Program-made: the position numbers and the translations under genes
Shown: positions 13,201 to 28,500 of the stretch, one piece after another
How positions within the stretch are numbered: the stretch's first letter is position 1
Layout: each line of letters opens with the position of its first letter
The notes under the pieces: model-generated
The model's input: the letters and a program-made list of their open reading frames with translations, nothing else
Told to the model about the DNA's origin: nothing
Databases searched by the model: none
NCBI GenBank assembly: GCA_964016885.1
Contig: OZ024743.1
Location: 208,940,001 to 209,004,000 of the forward strand
Reading direction: 5' to 3'
From: Eledone cirrhosa
Taxonomy: Eukaryota
Length of the DNA stretch: 64,000 bases

Positions 13201-16200
13201 ACTCTTCACTCCATAAGATATACCACAGTTTACGATCCTATAGCCACAGATGAAATCTCTTCACTCCATAACATATACCACAGTTTACCATCCTATAGCC
13301 ACACATGAGAGCTCTTCACTCCATAAGATATACCACTGTTTACCATCCTATAGCCACAGATGAAAGCTCTTCACTCCATAAGATATACCTCAGTTTACCA
13401 TCCTATAGTCACACATGAAAGCTCTTCACTCCATAAGATATACCACAGTTTACCATCCTATAGCCACACATGAGAGCTCTTCACTGCATAAGATATACCA
13501 CAGTTTACCATCCTATAGCCACACATGAAAGCTCTTCACTCCATGAGATATACCACAGTTTACCATCCTATAGCCAGATGAAAGCTCTTCACTCCATAAG
13601 ATATACCACAGTTTACCATCCTATAGCCACAAATGAAAGCTCTTCACTCCATAAGATATACCAAAGTTTACCATCCTATAGCCAGATGAAAGTTCTTCAC
13701 TGCATAAGATATACCACAGTTTACCATCCTATAGCCAGATGAAAGTTCTTCACTCCATAAGATATACCATAGTTTACCATCCTATAGCCAGATGAAAGCT
13801 CTTTACTCCATAAGATATACCACAGTTTACCATCCTATAGCCACACATGAAAGCTTTTCACTCCATAAGATATACCACAGTTTACCATCCTATAGCCAGA
13901 TGAAAGTTCTTCACTCCATAAGATATACCACAGTTTACCATCCTATAGCCACACATGAAAGCTCTTCACTCCATAAGATATACCACAGTTTAACATCCTA
14001 TAGCCACAGATGAAAGCTCTTCACTCCATAAGATATACCACAGTTTACCATCCTATAGCCAGATGAAAGCTTTTCACTCCATAAGATATACCACAGTTTA
14101 CCATCCTATAGCCACACATGAAAGATCTTCACTCCATAAGATATACCACAGTTTACCATCCTATAGCCACACATGAAAGATCTTCACTCCATAAGATATA
14201 CCACAGTTCACCTTCCTATAGCCACACATGAAAGCACTTCACTACATAAGATATACCACAGTTTACCATCCTATAGCCACAGATGAAAGCTCTTCACTCC
14301 ATAAGATATACCACAGTTTACCATCCTATAGTCACACATGAAAGCTCTTCACTCCATAAGATATACCACAGTTTACCATCCTATGGCCACAGATGAAAGC
14401 TCTTCACTCCATAAGATATACCACAGTTTACCATCCTATAGCCACACATGAAAGCTCTTCACTCCATAAGATATACCACAGTTTACCATCCTATAGCCAC
14501 ACATGAAAGCTCTTCACTCCATAAGATATACCACAGTTTACCATCCTATAGCCACACATGAAAGCTCTTCACTCCATGAGATATACCACAGTTTAACATC
14601 CTATCGCCACAGATGAAAGCTCTTCACTCCATAATATATACCACAGTTTACCATCCTATAGCCAGATGAAAGCTCTTCACTCCATAAGATATACCACAGT
14701 TTACCATCCTATAGCCACAGATGAAAGCTCTTCACTCCATAAGATATACCACAGTTTACCATCCTATAGCCACGCCACGGATGAAAGCTCTTCACTCCAT
14801 AAGATATACCACAGTTTACCATCCTATAGCCACAGATGAAAGCTCTTCACTCCATAAGATATACCACAGTTTACCATCCTATAGTCACACATGAACGCTC
14901 TTCACTCCTTAAGATATACCACAGTTTACCATCCTATAGCCACAGATGAAAGCTGTTCACTCCATAAGATATACCACAATTTACCATCCTATAGCCACAC
15001 ATGAAAGCTCTTCACTCCATAAGATATACCACAGTTTACCATCCTATAGCCACACATGGAAGCTCTTCACTCCATGAGATATACCACAGTTTACCATCCT
15101 ATAGCCACACATGAAAGCTCTTCACTCCATAAGATATACCACAGTTTACCATCCTATAGACAGATGAAAGCTCTTCACTCTATAAGATATACCACAGTTT
15201 ACGATCCTATAGCCACACATGAAAGCTCTTCACTCCATAAGATATACCACAGTTTACCATCCTATAGCCACACATGAAAGCTCTTCACTCCATAAGATAT
15301 AACACAGTTTACCATCCTATAGCCACAGATGAAAGTTCTTCACTCCATCAGATGTACCAAAGTTTACCATCCTATAGCCACACATGAAAGCTCTTCACTC
15401 CATAACATATAACACAGTTTACCATCCTATAGCCACAGATGAAAGCTCTTCACCCCATAAGATATACTACAGTTTACCATCCTATAGCCACAGATGAAAG
15501 CTCTTCACTCCATAAGATATACCACCGTTTACCATCCTATAGCCGCAGATGAAAGCTCTTCACTCCATAAGATATACCACAGTTTACCATCCTATGGCCA
15601 CAGATGAAAGCTCTTCACTCCATAAGATATACCACAGTTTACCATCCTATAGCCACACATGAAAGCACTTCACTCCATAAGATATACCACAGTTTACCAT
15701 CCTATAGCCACACATGAAAGCTCTTCACTCCATGAGATATACCACAGTTTACCATCCTATAGCCAGATGAAAGCTCTTCACTCCATAAGATATACCACAG
15801 TTTACCATCCTATAGCCACACATGAAATCTCTTCACTCCATAAGATATACCACAGTTTACCATCCTATAGCCACAGATGAAAACTCTTCACTCCATAAGA
15901 TATACCACAGTTTACGATCCTATAGCCACAGATGAAATCTCTTCACTCCATAACATATACCACAGTTTACCATCCTATAGCCACACATGAGAGCTCTTCA
16001 CTCCATAAGATATACCACTGTTTACCATCCTATAGCCACAGATGAAAGCTCTTCACTCCATAAGATATACCTCAGTTTACCATCCTATAGTCACACATGA
16101 AAGCTCTTCACTCCATAAGATATACCACAGTTTACCATCCTATAGCCACACATGAGGGCTCTTCACTGCATAAGATATACCACAGTTTACCATCCTATAG

Positions 16201-18810
16201 CCACACATGAAAGCTCTTCACTCCATGAGATATACCACAGTTTACCATCCTATAGCCAGATGAAAGCTCTTCACTCCATAAGATATACCACAGTTTACCA
16301 TCCTATAGCCACAAATGAAAGCTCTTCACTCCATAAGATATACCAAAGTTTACCATCCTATAGCCAGATGAAAGTTCTTCACTGCATAAGATATACCACA
16401 GTTTACCATCCTATAGCCAGATGAAAGTTCTTCACTCCATAAGATATACCATAGTTTACCATCCTATAGCCAGATGAAAGCTCTTTACTCCATAAGATAT
16501 ACCACAGTTTACCATCCTATAGCCACACATGAAAGCTCTTCACTCCATAAGATATACCACAGTTTAACATCCTATAGCCACAGATGAAAGCTTTTCACTC
16601 CATAAGATATACCACAGTTTACCATCCTATAGCCAGATGAAAGTTCTTCACTCCATAAGATATACCACAGTTTACCATCCTATAGCCACACATGAAAGCT
16701 CTTCACTCCATAAGATATACCACAGTTTAACATCCTATAGCCACAGATGAAAGCTCTTCACTCCATAAAATATACCACAGTTTACCATCCTATAGCCAGA
16801 TGAAAGCTTTTCACTCCATAAGATATACCACAGTTTACCATCCTATAGCCACACATGAAAGATCTTCACTCCATAAGATATACCACAGTTTACCATCCTA
16901 TAGCCACACATGAAAGATCTTCACTCCATAAGATATACCACAGTTCACCTTCCTATAGCCACACATGAAAGCACTTCACTACATAAGATATACCACAGTT
17001 TACCATCCTATAGCCACAGATGAAAGCTCTTCACTCCATAAGATATACCACAGTTTACCATCCTATAGTCACACATGAAAGCTCTTCACTCCATAAGATA
17101 TACCACAGTTTACCATCCTATGGCCACAGATGAAAGCTCTTCACTCCATAAGATATACCACAGTTTACCATCCTATAGCCACACATGAAAGCTCTTCACT
17201 CCATAAGATATACCACAGTTTACCATCCTATAGCCACACATGAAAGCTCTTCACTCCATAAGATATACCACAGTTTACCATCCTATAGCCACACATGAAA
17301 GCTCTTCACTCCATGAGATATACCACAGTTTAACATCCTATCGCCACAGATGAAAGCTCTTCACTCCATAATATATACCACAGTTTACCATCCTATAGCC
17401 AGATGAAAGCTCTTCACTCCATAAGATATACCACAGTTTACCATCCTATAGCCACAGATGAAAGCTCTTCACTCCATAAGATATACCACAGTTTACCATC
17501 CTATAGCCACGCCACGGATGAAAGCTCTTCACTCCATAAGATATACCACAGTTTACCATCCTATAGCCACAGATGAAAGCTCTTCACTCCATAAGATATA
17601 CCACAGTTTACCATCCTATAGTCACACATGAACGCTCTTCACTCCTTAAGATATACCACAGTTTACCATCCTATAGCCACAGATGAAAGCTGTTCACTCC
17701 ATAAGATATACCACAATTTACCATCCTATAGCCACACATGAAAGCTCTTCACTCCATAAGATATACCACAGTTTACCATCCTATAGCCACACATGGAAGC
17801 TCTTCACTCCATGAGATATACCACAGTTTACCATCCTATAGCCACACATGAAAGCTCTTCACTCCATAAGATATACCACAGTTTACCATCCTATAGACAG
17901 ATGAAAGCTCTTCACTCTATAAGATATACCACAGTTTACGATCCTATAGCCACACATGAAAGCTCTTCACTCCATAAGATATACCACAGTTTACCATCCT
18001 ATAGCCACACATGAAAGCTCTTCACTCCATAAGATATAACACAGTTTACCATCCTATAGCCACAGATGAAAGTTCTTCACTCCATCAGATGTACCAAAGT
18101 TTACCATCCTATAGCCACACATGAAAGCTCTTCACTCCATAACATATAACACAGTTTACCATCCTATAGCCACAGATGAAAGCTCTTCACCCCATAAGAT
18201 ATACTACAGTTTACCATCCTATAGCCACAGATGAAAGCTCTTCACTCCATAAGATATACCACCGTTTACCATCCTATAGCCGCAGATGAAAGCTCTTCAC
18301 TCCATAAGATATACCACAGTTTACCATCCTATGGCCACAGATGAAAGCTCTTCACTCCATAAGATATACCACAGTTTACCATCCTATAGCCACACATGAA
18401 AGCACTTCACTCCATAAGATATACCACAGTTTACCATCCTATAGCCACACATGAAAGCTCTTCACTCCATGAGATATACCACAGTTTACCATCCTATAGC
18501 CAGATGAAAGCTCTTCACTCCATAAGATATACCACAGTTTACCATCCTATAGCCACACATGAAAGCTCTTCACCCTATAAGATATACCACAGTTTACCAT
18601 CCTATAGCCACACATGAGAGCTCTTCATTCCATAAGATATTCCACAGTTTACCATCCCATAGCCACACATGAAAGCTCTTCCCTCCATAAGATATACCAC
18701 AGTTTACCATCTTATAGCCACAGATGAAAGCTCTTGACTCCATAAGATATACCACAGTTTACCATCCTATAGTCACACATGAAAGCTCTTCACTCCATAA
18801 GATATACCAC
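7240..18810. repeat. Nested duplications: 4542-bp (83-monomer) offset duplication whose second copy contains a further ~2.7-kb (49/50-monomer) tandem duplication
   Basis: ORF pairs 7671/12213, 8435/12977, 8928/13470, 9250/13792, 10514/15056 and 11117/15659 all differ by 4542. Pair 13470/16152 differs by 2682; 15056/17793 and 15659/18396 differ by 2737. The GCCACGCCACGG insertion occurs near 10227, 14769 and 17506. Confidence 0.92.
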
Positions 18811-21800
18811 AGTTTACCATCCTATGGCCACAGATGAAAGCTCTTCACTCCATAAGATATACCACAGTTTACCATCCTATAGCCACACATGAAAGCTCTT
18901 CACTCCATAAGATATACCACAGTTTACCATCCTATAGCCACACATGAAAGCTCTTCACTCCATAAGATATACCACAGTTTACCATCCTATAGCCACACAT
19001 GAAGGCTCTTCACTCCATCAGATATACCACAGTTTCCCATCCTATATCCAGATGAAAGCTCTTCACTCCATAAGATATACCACAGTTTACCATCCTATTG
19101 CCACGTATGAAAGCTCTTCACTCCATAAGATATACCACAGTTTACCATCCTATAGCCACACATGAAAGCTCTTCACTCCATAAGATATACTGCAGTTTAC
19201 CATTCTATAGCCACAGATGAAAGCTCTTCACTCCATAAGATATACCACAGTTTACCATCCTATAGCCACACATGAAAGCTCCTCACTCCATAGGATATAC
19301 CGCAGTTTACCATCCTATAGCCACACATGAAAGCTCTACACTCCATAAGATATACCACAGTTTACCATCCTATAGCCACATATGAAAGCTCTTCACTCCA
19401 TAACATATACCACAGTTTACCATCCTATAGCCACACATGAGAGCTCTTCACACCATAAGATATACCGCAGTTTACCATCCTATAGCCACACATGAAATCT
19501 CTTCACTCCATAAGATATACCACAGTTTACCATCCTATAGCCACAGATGAAAGCTCTTCACTCCATAAGATATACCACAGTTTACCATCCTATAGCCACA
19601 CATGAAAGCTCTTCACTCCATAAGATCTACCACAGTTTACCATCCTATAGGCACACATGGAAGCCCTTCACTCCATGAGATATACCACAGTTTACCATCC
19701 TATAGCCACACATGAAAGGTCTTCACCACATAAGATATACCACAGTTTACCATCCTATAGCCACACATGAAAGCTCTTCACTCCATAAGATATACCACAG
19801 TTTACCATCCTATAGCCACACATGAAAGCTCTTCACCCCATAAGATATACCACAGTTTACCATCCTATAGCCACATGAAAGCTCTTCACTCCATAAGATA
19901 TACCACAGTTTACCATCCAATAGCCACACATGAAAGCTCTTCACTCCATAAGATATACCGCAGTTTACCATCCTATAGCCACAGATGAAAGCTCTTCACT
20001 CCATGAGATATACCACAGTTTACCATCCTATAGCCACACATGAAAGCTCCTCACTCCATAGGATATACCGCAGTTTACCATCCTATAGCCACACATGAAA
20101 GCTCTACACTCCATAAGATATACCACAGTTTACCTTCCTATAGCCACAGATGAAAGCTCTTCACTCCATAACATATACCACAGTTTACCATCCTATAGCC
20201 ACACATGAGAGCTCTTCACTCCATAAGATATACCGCAGTTTACCATCCTACAGCCACACATGAAAGCTCTTCACTCCATAAGATATACCACAGTTTACCA
20301 TTCTATAGCCACAGATGAAAGCTCTTCACTCCATAACATATACCACAGTTTACCATTCTATAGGCACACATTAGAGCTCTTCACTCCATAAGATATACCA
20401 CAGGTTACCATCCTATAGCCACACATGAAAGCTCTACACTCCATAAGATATACCACAGTTTACCATCCTATAGCCAGATGAAAGCTAATCACTCCATAAG
20501 ATATACTACAGTTTACCATCCTATAGCCACAGATGAAAGCTCTTCACTCCATAAGATATACCACAGTTTACCATCCTATAGTCACACATGAAAGCTCTTC
20601 ACTCCTTAAGATATACCACAGTTTACCATCCTATAGCCACAGATGAACGCTGTTCACTCCATAAGATATACCACAATTTACCATCCTATAGCCACACATG
20701 AAAGCTCTTCACTCCATAAGATATACCACAGTTTACCATCCTATAGCCACACATGGAAGCTCTTCACTCCATGAGATATACCACAGTTTACCATCCTATA
20801 GCCACACATGAAAGCTCTTCACTCCATAAGATATACCACTGTTTACCATCCTATAGCCACACATGAAAGCTCTTCACTCCATAAGATATACCACAGTTTA
20901 CCATCCTATGGCCACACATGAAAGCTCTTCACTGAATAAGATATACCACTGTTTACCATCCTATAGCCACACATGAAAGCTCTTCACTCCATAAGATATA
21001 CCACAGTTTACCATCCTATAGCCAGATGAAAGTTTTTCACTCCATAAGATATACCACAGTTTACCATCCTATAGCCACACATGAAAGATCTTCACTCCAT
21101 AAGATATACCACAGTTCACCATCCTATAGCCACACATGAAAGCTCTTCACTCCATAAGATATACCACAGTTTACCATCCTATAGCCACAGATGAAAGCTC
21201 TTCACTCCATAAGATATACCACAGTTTACCATCCTATAGGCACACATGAAAGCTCTTCACTCTATAAGATATACCACAGTTTACCATCCTATGGCCACAG
21301 ATGAAATCTCTTCACTCCATAAGATATACCACAGTTTACCATCCTATAGCCACACATGAAAGCTCTTCACTCTATAAGATATACCACAGTTTACCATCCT
21401 ATAGCCACATATGAAAGCTCTTCACTCCATAAGATATACCACAGTTTACCATCCTATAGACACACATGAAAGCTCTTCACTCCATGAGATATACCACAGT
21501 TTAACATCCTATCGCCACAGATGAAAGCTCTTCACTCCATAAGATATACCACAGTTTACCATCCTATAGCCAGATGAAAGCTCTTCACTCCATAAGATAT
21601 ACCACAGTTTACCATCCTATAGCCACAGATGAAAGCTCTTCACTCCATAAGATATACCACAGTTTACCATCCTATAGCCACAGATGAAAGCTCTTCACTC
21701 CATAAGATATACCACAGTTTACCATCCTATAGCCACAGATGAAAGCTCTTCACTCCATAAGATATACCACAGTTTAACATCCTATAGCCATAGATGAAAG

Positions 21801-22599
21801 CTCTTCACTCCATAAGATATACGACAGTTTACCATCCTATAGCCAGATGAAAGCTCTTAAATCCGTAAGATATACCACAGTTTACCATCCTATAGCCACA
21901 CATGAAAGCTCTTCACTCCATAAGATATACCACAGTCTACCACCCTATGGCCACAGATTAAAGCTCTTCACTCCATAAGATATACCACAGTTTACCATCC
22001 TATAGTCACATATGAAAGCTCTTCACTCCATAAGATATACCACAGTTTACCATCCTATAGCCACAGATGAAAGCTCTTCACTCCATCAGATATACCACAG
22101 TTTACCATCCTATAGCCACAGATGAAAGCTCTTCACTCCATAAGATATACCACAGTTTACCATCCCATAGCCACACATGAGAGCTCTTCACTCTATAAGA
22201 TATACCGCAGTTTACCATCCTATAGCCACACATGGAAGCTCTTCACTCCATAAGATATACCACAGTTTACCATCCGATAGCCACACATGAAAGCTCTTCA
22301 CTAAATAAGATATACCACAGTTTACCATCCTATAGCCAGATGAAAGTTCTTCACTCCATAAGATATACCACAATATACCATCCTATAGCCAGATGAAAGC
22401 TCTTCACTCCATAAGATATACCATAGTTTACAATCCTATAGCCACAGATGAAAGCTTTTCATTCAATAAGATATACCACAGTTTACCATCCTATAGCCAC
22501 GCATGAAAGCTCTTCACTCCATAAGATATACCGCAGTTTACCATCCTATAGCCACAGATGAAAGCTCTTCACTCCATAAGATATACCACAGTTTACCAT

Positions 22600-25500
22600 C
22601 CTATAGCCACAGATGAAAACTCTTCACTCCATAAGATATACCACAGTTTACCATCCTATGGCCAGAGATGAAAGCTCTTCACTCCATGAGATATAACACA
22701 GTTTACCATCCTATAGCCATAGATGAAAGCTCTTCACTCCATAAGATATACGACAGTTTACCATCCTATAGCCACACATGAGAGCTCTTCACTCCATGAG
22801 ATATACCACAGTTTACCATCCTATGGCCACAGATGAAAGCTCTTCACTCCATAAGATATTCCACAGTTTACCATCATAGAGCCAGATGAAAGCTCTTCAC
22901 TACATAAGATATACCACAGTTTACCATCCTATAGCCAGATGAAAGTTCTTCACTCCATAAGATATACCACAGTATACCATCCTATAGCCACACATGAAAG
23001 CTCTTCACTCCATAAGATATACCACAGTTTACCATCCTATAGCCACAGATGAAAGCTCTTCACTCCATAAGATATACCACAGTTTACCATCCTATAGCCA
23101 CGCATGAAAGCTCTTCACTCCATAAGATATATCACAGTTTACCATCCTATTGCCACAGATGAAATCTCTTCACTCCATAACATATACCACAGTTGACCAT
23201 CCTATAGCCACACATGAGAGCCCTTCACTCCATAAGATATACCACAGTTTACCATCCTATAGCCACACGTGAAAGCTCTTCACTCCATAAGATATACCAC
23301 AGTTTACCATCCTATAGCCAGATGAAAGCTTTTCACTCCATAAGATATACCACAGTTTACCATCCTATAGCCACACATGAAAGCTCTTCACTCCATAAGA
23401 TATACCACAGTTTACCATCTTATAGCCACACATGAAAGCTCTTCACTCCATAAGATATACCACAGTTTACCATCCTATAGCCACACATGAAAGCTCCTCA
23501 CTCCATGAGATATACCACAGTTTACCATCCTATAGCCACAGATGAAAACTCTTCACTCCATAAGATATACCACAGTTTACCATCCTATGGCCAGAGATGA
23601 AAGCTCTTCACTCCATAAGATATACCACAGTTTACCATCCTATAGCCACACATGAAAGCTCTTCACTCCATAAGATATACCACAGTTTACCATCATATAG
23701 CCACAGATGAAATCTCTTCACTCCATAAGATATAACACAGTTTACCATCCTATGGCCAGAGATGAAAGCTCTTCACTCCATAAGATATACCACAGTTTAC
23801 CATCCTATGCCCACAGATGAAAGCTCTTCACTCCATAAGATATACGACAGTTTACCATCCTATAGCCACACATGAAAGCTCTTCACTCCATAAGATATAC
23901 CACAGTTTACCATCCTATGGCCACAGATGAAAGCTCTTCACTCCATAAGATATACCACAGTTTACCGCCCTATGGCCACAGATGAAAGCTCTTCACTCCA
24001 TAAGATATACCACAGTTTACCATCCTATAGTCACATATGAAAGCTCTTCACTCCATAAGATATACCACAGTTTACCATCATAGAGCCAGATGAAAGCTCT
24101 TCACTACATAAGATATACCACAGTTTACCATCCTATAGCCACAGATGAAAGCTCTTCACTCCATAAGATATACCACAGTTTACCATCGTATAGCCACACA
24201 TGAGAGCTCTTCACTCTATAAGATATACCACAGTTTACCATCCTATAGCCAGATGAAAGTTCTTCACTCCATAAGATATACCACAGTATACCATCCTAAA
24301 GCCACACATGAAAGCTTTTCACTCCATAAGATATACAACAGTTTACCATCTTATAGCCACACATGAAAGCTCTTCACTCCATAAGATATACCACAGTTTA
24401 CCATCCTATAGCCACAGATGAAAGCTCTTCACTCCATAAGATATACCACAGTTTACCATCCTATAGCCACACATGAGAGCTCTTCACTCCATAAGATATA
24501 CCACAGTTTACTATCCTATAGCCACACATGAAAGCTCTTCACTCCATAAGATATACCACAGTTTACCATCCTATAGCCAGATGAAAGCTTTTCACTCCAT
24601 AAGATATACCACAGTTTACCATCCTATAGCCACACATGAAAGCTCTTCACTCCATAAGATATACCACAGTTTACCATCTTATAGCCACACATGAAAGCTC
24701 TTCACTCCATAAGATATACCACAGTTTACCATCCTATAGCCACAGATGAAAGCTCTTCACTCCATAAGATATACCACAGTTTACCATCCTATAGCCACAG
24801 ATGAAAACTCTTCACTCCATAAGATATACCTCAGTTTACAATCCTATGGCCAGAGATGAAAGATCCTCACTCCATAAGATATACCACAGTTTACCATCCT
24901 ATAGGCACACATGAAAGCTCTTCACTCCATAAGATATACCACAGTTTACCATCATATAGCCACAGATGAAATCTCTTCACTCCATGAGATATAACACAGT
25001 TTATCATCCTATGGCCAGAGATGAAAGCTCTTCACTCCATAAGATATACCACAGTTTACCATCCTATAGCCACACATGAAAGCTGTTCACTCCATAAGAT
25101 ATACCACAGTTTACCATCCTATAGCCACACATGAAAGCTCTTCACTCCATAAGATATACCACAGTTTACCATCCTATAGCCACAGATGAAAGCTCTTCAC
25201 TCCATAAGATATACCACAGTTTACCATCCTATAGCCACACATGAAAGCTCTTCACTCCATAAGATATACCACAGTTTACCATCCTATAGCCACAGATGAA
25301 AGGTCTTCACTCCATAAGATATACCACAGTTTACCATCCTATAGCCACACATGAGAGCTCTTCACTCCATAAGATATACCACAGTTTACCATCCTATAGC
25401 CACACATGAAAGCTCTTCACTCCATAAGATATACCACAGTTTACCATCCTATAGCCGCACATGAAAGCTGTTCACTCCATAAGATATACCACAGTTTACC

Positions 25501-28500
25501 ATCCTATAGGCACACCTGAAAGCTCTTCACTCCATAAGATATACCACAGTTTACCATCATATAGCCACAGATGAAATCTCTTCACTCCATGAGATATAAC
25601 ACAGTTTATCATCCTATGGCCAGAGATGAAAGCTCTTCACTCCATAAGATATACCACAGTTTACCATCCTATAGCCACACATGAAAGCTGTTCACTCCAT
25701 AAGATATACCACAGTTTACCATCCTATAGCCACACATGAAAGCTCTTCACTCCATAAGATATACCACAGTTTACCATCCTATAGCCACAGATGAAAGCTC
25801 TTCACTCCATAAGATATACCACAGTTTACCATCCTATAGCCACAGATGAAAACTCTTCACTCCATAAGATATACCACAGTTTACCATTCTATGGCCAGAG
25901 ATGAAAGCTCTTCACTCCATAAGATATACCACAGTTTACAATCCTATAGCCACACATGAAAGCTCTTCACTCCATAAGATATACCACAGTTTACCATCAT
26001 ATAGCCACAGATGAAATCTCTTCACTCCATAAGATATAACACAGTTTACCATCCTATGGCCAGAGATGAAAGCTCTTCACTCCATAAGATATACCACAGT
26101 TTACCATCCTATAGCCACACATGAAAGCTGTTCACTCCATAAGATATACCACAGTTTACCATCCTATAGCCACACATGGAAGCTATTCACTCCATAAGAT
26201 ATACCACAGTTGACCATCATATAGCCACACATGAAATCTCTTCACTCCATAAGATATACCACAGTTTACCATCCTATAGCCTTAGATGAAAGCTCTTCAC
26301 TCCATAAGATATACGATAGTTTACCATCCTATAGCCAGATGAAAGCTCTTAAATCCATAAGATATACCACAGTTTACCATCCTATAGCCACACATGAAAG
26401 CCCTTCACTCCATAAGATATACCACAGTTTACCATAATATAGCCACACATGAAAGCTCTTCACTCCTTAAGATATACCACAGTTTACCATCCTATAGCCA
26501 CAGATGAAAACTCTTCACTCCATAAGATATACCACAGTTTGCCATCCTATAGCCAGATGAAAGCTTTTCACTCCATAAGATATACCACAGTTTACCATCC
26601 TATGCCCACAGATGAAAGCTCTTCACTCCATAAGATATACCACAGTTTACCATCCTATAGTCACATATGAAAGCTCTTCACTCCATAAGATATACCACAG
26701 TTTACCATCATAGAGCCAGATGAAAGCTCTTCACTACATAAGATATACCACAGTTTACCATCCTATAGCCACAGATGAAAGCTCTTCACTCCATAAGATA
26801 TACCACAGTTTACCATCGTATAGCCACACATGAGAGCTCTTCACTCTATAAGATATACCACAGTTTACCATCCTATAGCCAGATGAAAGTTCTTCACTCC
26901 ATAAGATATACCACAATTTACCATCCTAAAGCCACACATGAAAGCTTTTTACTCCATAAGATATACCACAGTTTACCATCTTATAGCCACACATGAAAGC
27001 TCTTCACTCCATAAGATATACCACAGTTTACCATCCTATAGCCACAGATGAAAGCTCTTCACTCCATAAGATATACCACAGTTTACCATCCTATAGCCAC
27101 ACATGAGAGCTCTTCACTCCATAAGATATACAACAGTTTACCATCCTATAGCCACACATGAAAGCTCTTCACTCCATAAGATATACCACAGTTTACCATC
27201 CTATAGCCGCACATGAAAGCTGTTCACTCCATAAGATATACCACAGTTTACCATCCTATAGGCACACATGAAAGCTCTTCACTCCATAAGATATACCACA
27301 GTTTACCATCATATAGCCACAGATGAAATCTCTTCACTCCATGAGATATAACACAGTTTATCATCCTATGGCCAGAGATGAAAGCTCTTCACTCCATAAG
27401 ATATACCACAGTTTACCATCCTATAGCCACACATGAAAGCTGTTCACTCCATAAGATATACCACAGTTTACCATCCTATAGCCACACATGAAAGCTCTTC
27501 ACTCCATAAGATATACCACAGTTTACCATCCTATATACCACAGATGAAATCTCTTCACTCCATAAGATATACCACAGTTTACCATTCTATGGCCAGAGAT
27601 GAAAGCTCCTCACTCCATAAGATATACCACAGTTTACCATCCTATAGGCACACATGAAAGCTCTTCACTCCATAAGATATACCACAGTTTACCATCATAT
27701 AGCCACAGATGAAATCTCTTCACTCCATGAGATATAACACAGTTTACCATCCTATGGCCAGAGTTGAAAGCTCTTCACTCCATAAGATATACCACAGTTT
27801 ACCATCCTATAGCCACACATGAAAGCTGTTCACTCCATAAGATATACCACAGTTTACCATCCTATAGCCACACATGAAAGCTCTTCACTCCATAAGATAT
27901 ACCACAGTTTACCATCCTATAGCCACAGATGAAAGCTCTTCACTCCATAAGATATACCACAGTTTACCATCCTATAGCCACACATGAAAGCTCTTCACTC
28001 CATAAGATATACCACAGTTTACCATCTTATAGCCACACATGAAAGCTCTTCACTCCATAAGATATACCACAGTTTACCATCCTATAGCCACACATGAAAG
28101 CTCCTCACTCCATGAGATATACCACAGTTTACCATCCTATAGCCACAGATGAAAACTCTTCACTCCATAAGATATACCACAGTTTACCATCCTATGGCCA
28201 GAGATGAAAGCTCTTCACTCCATAAGATATACCACAGTTTACCATCCTATAGCCACACATGAAAGCTGTTCACTCCATAAGATATACCACACTTTACCAT
28301 CCTATAGCCACACAGGAAAGCTCTTCATTCCATAAGATATACCACAGTTTACCATCCTATAGCCACACATGAAAGCTCTTCACTCCATAAGATATACCAC
28401 AGTTTACCATCATATAGCCACAGATGAAATCTCTTCACTCCATAAGATATAACACAGTTTACCATCCTATGGCCAGAGATGAAAGCTCTTCACTCCATAA

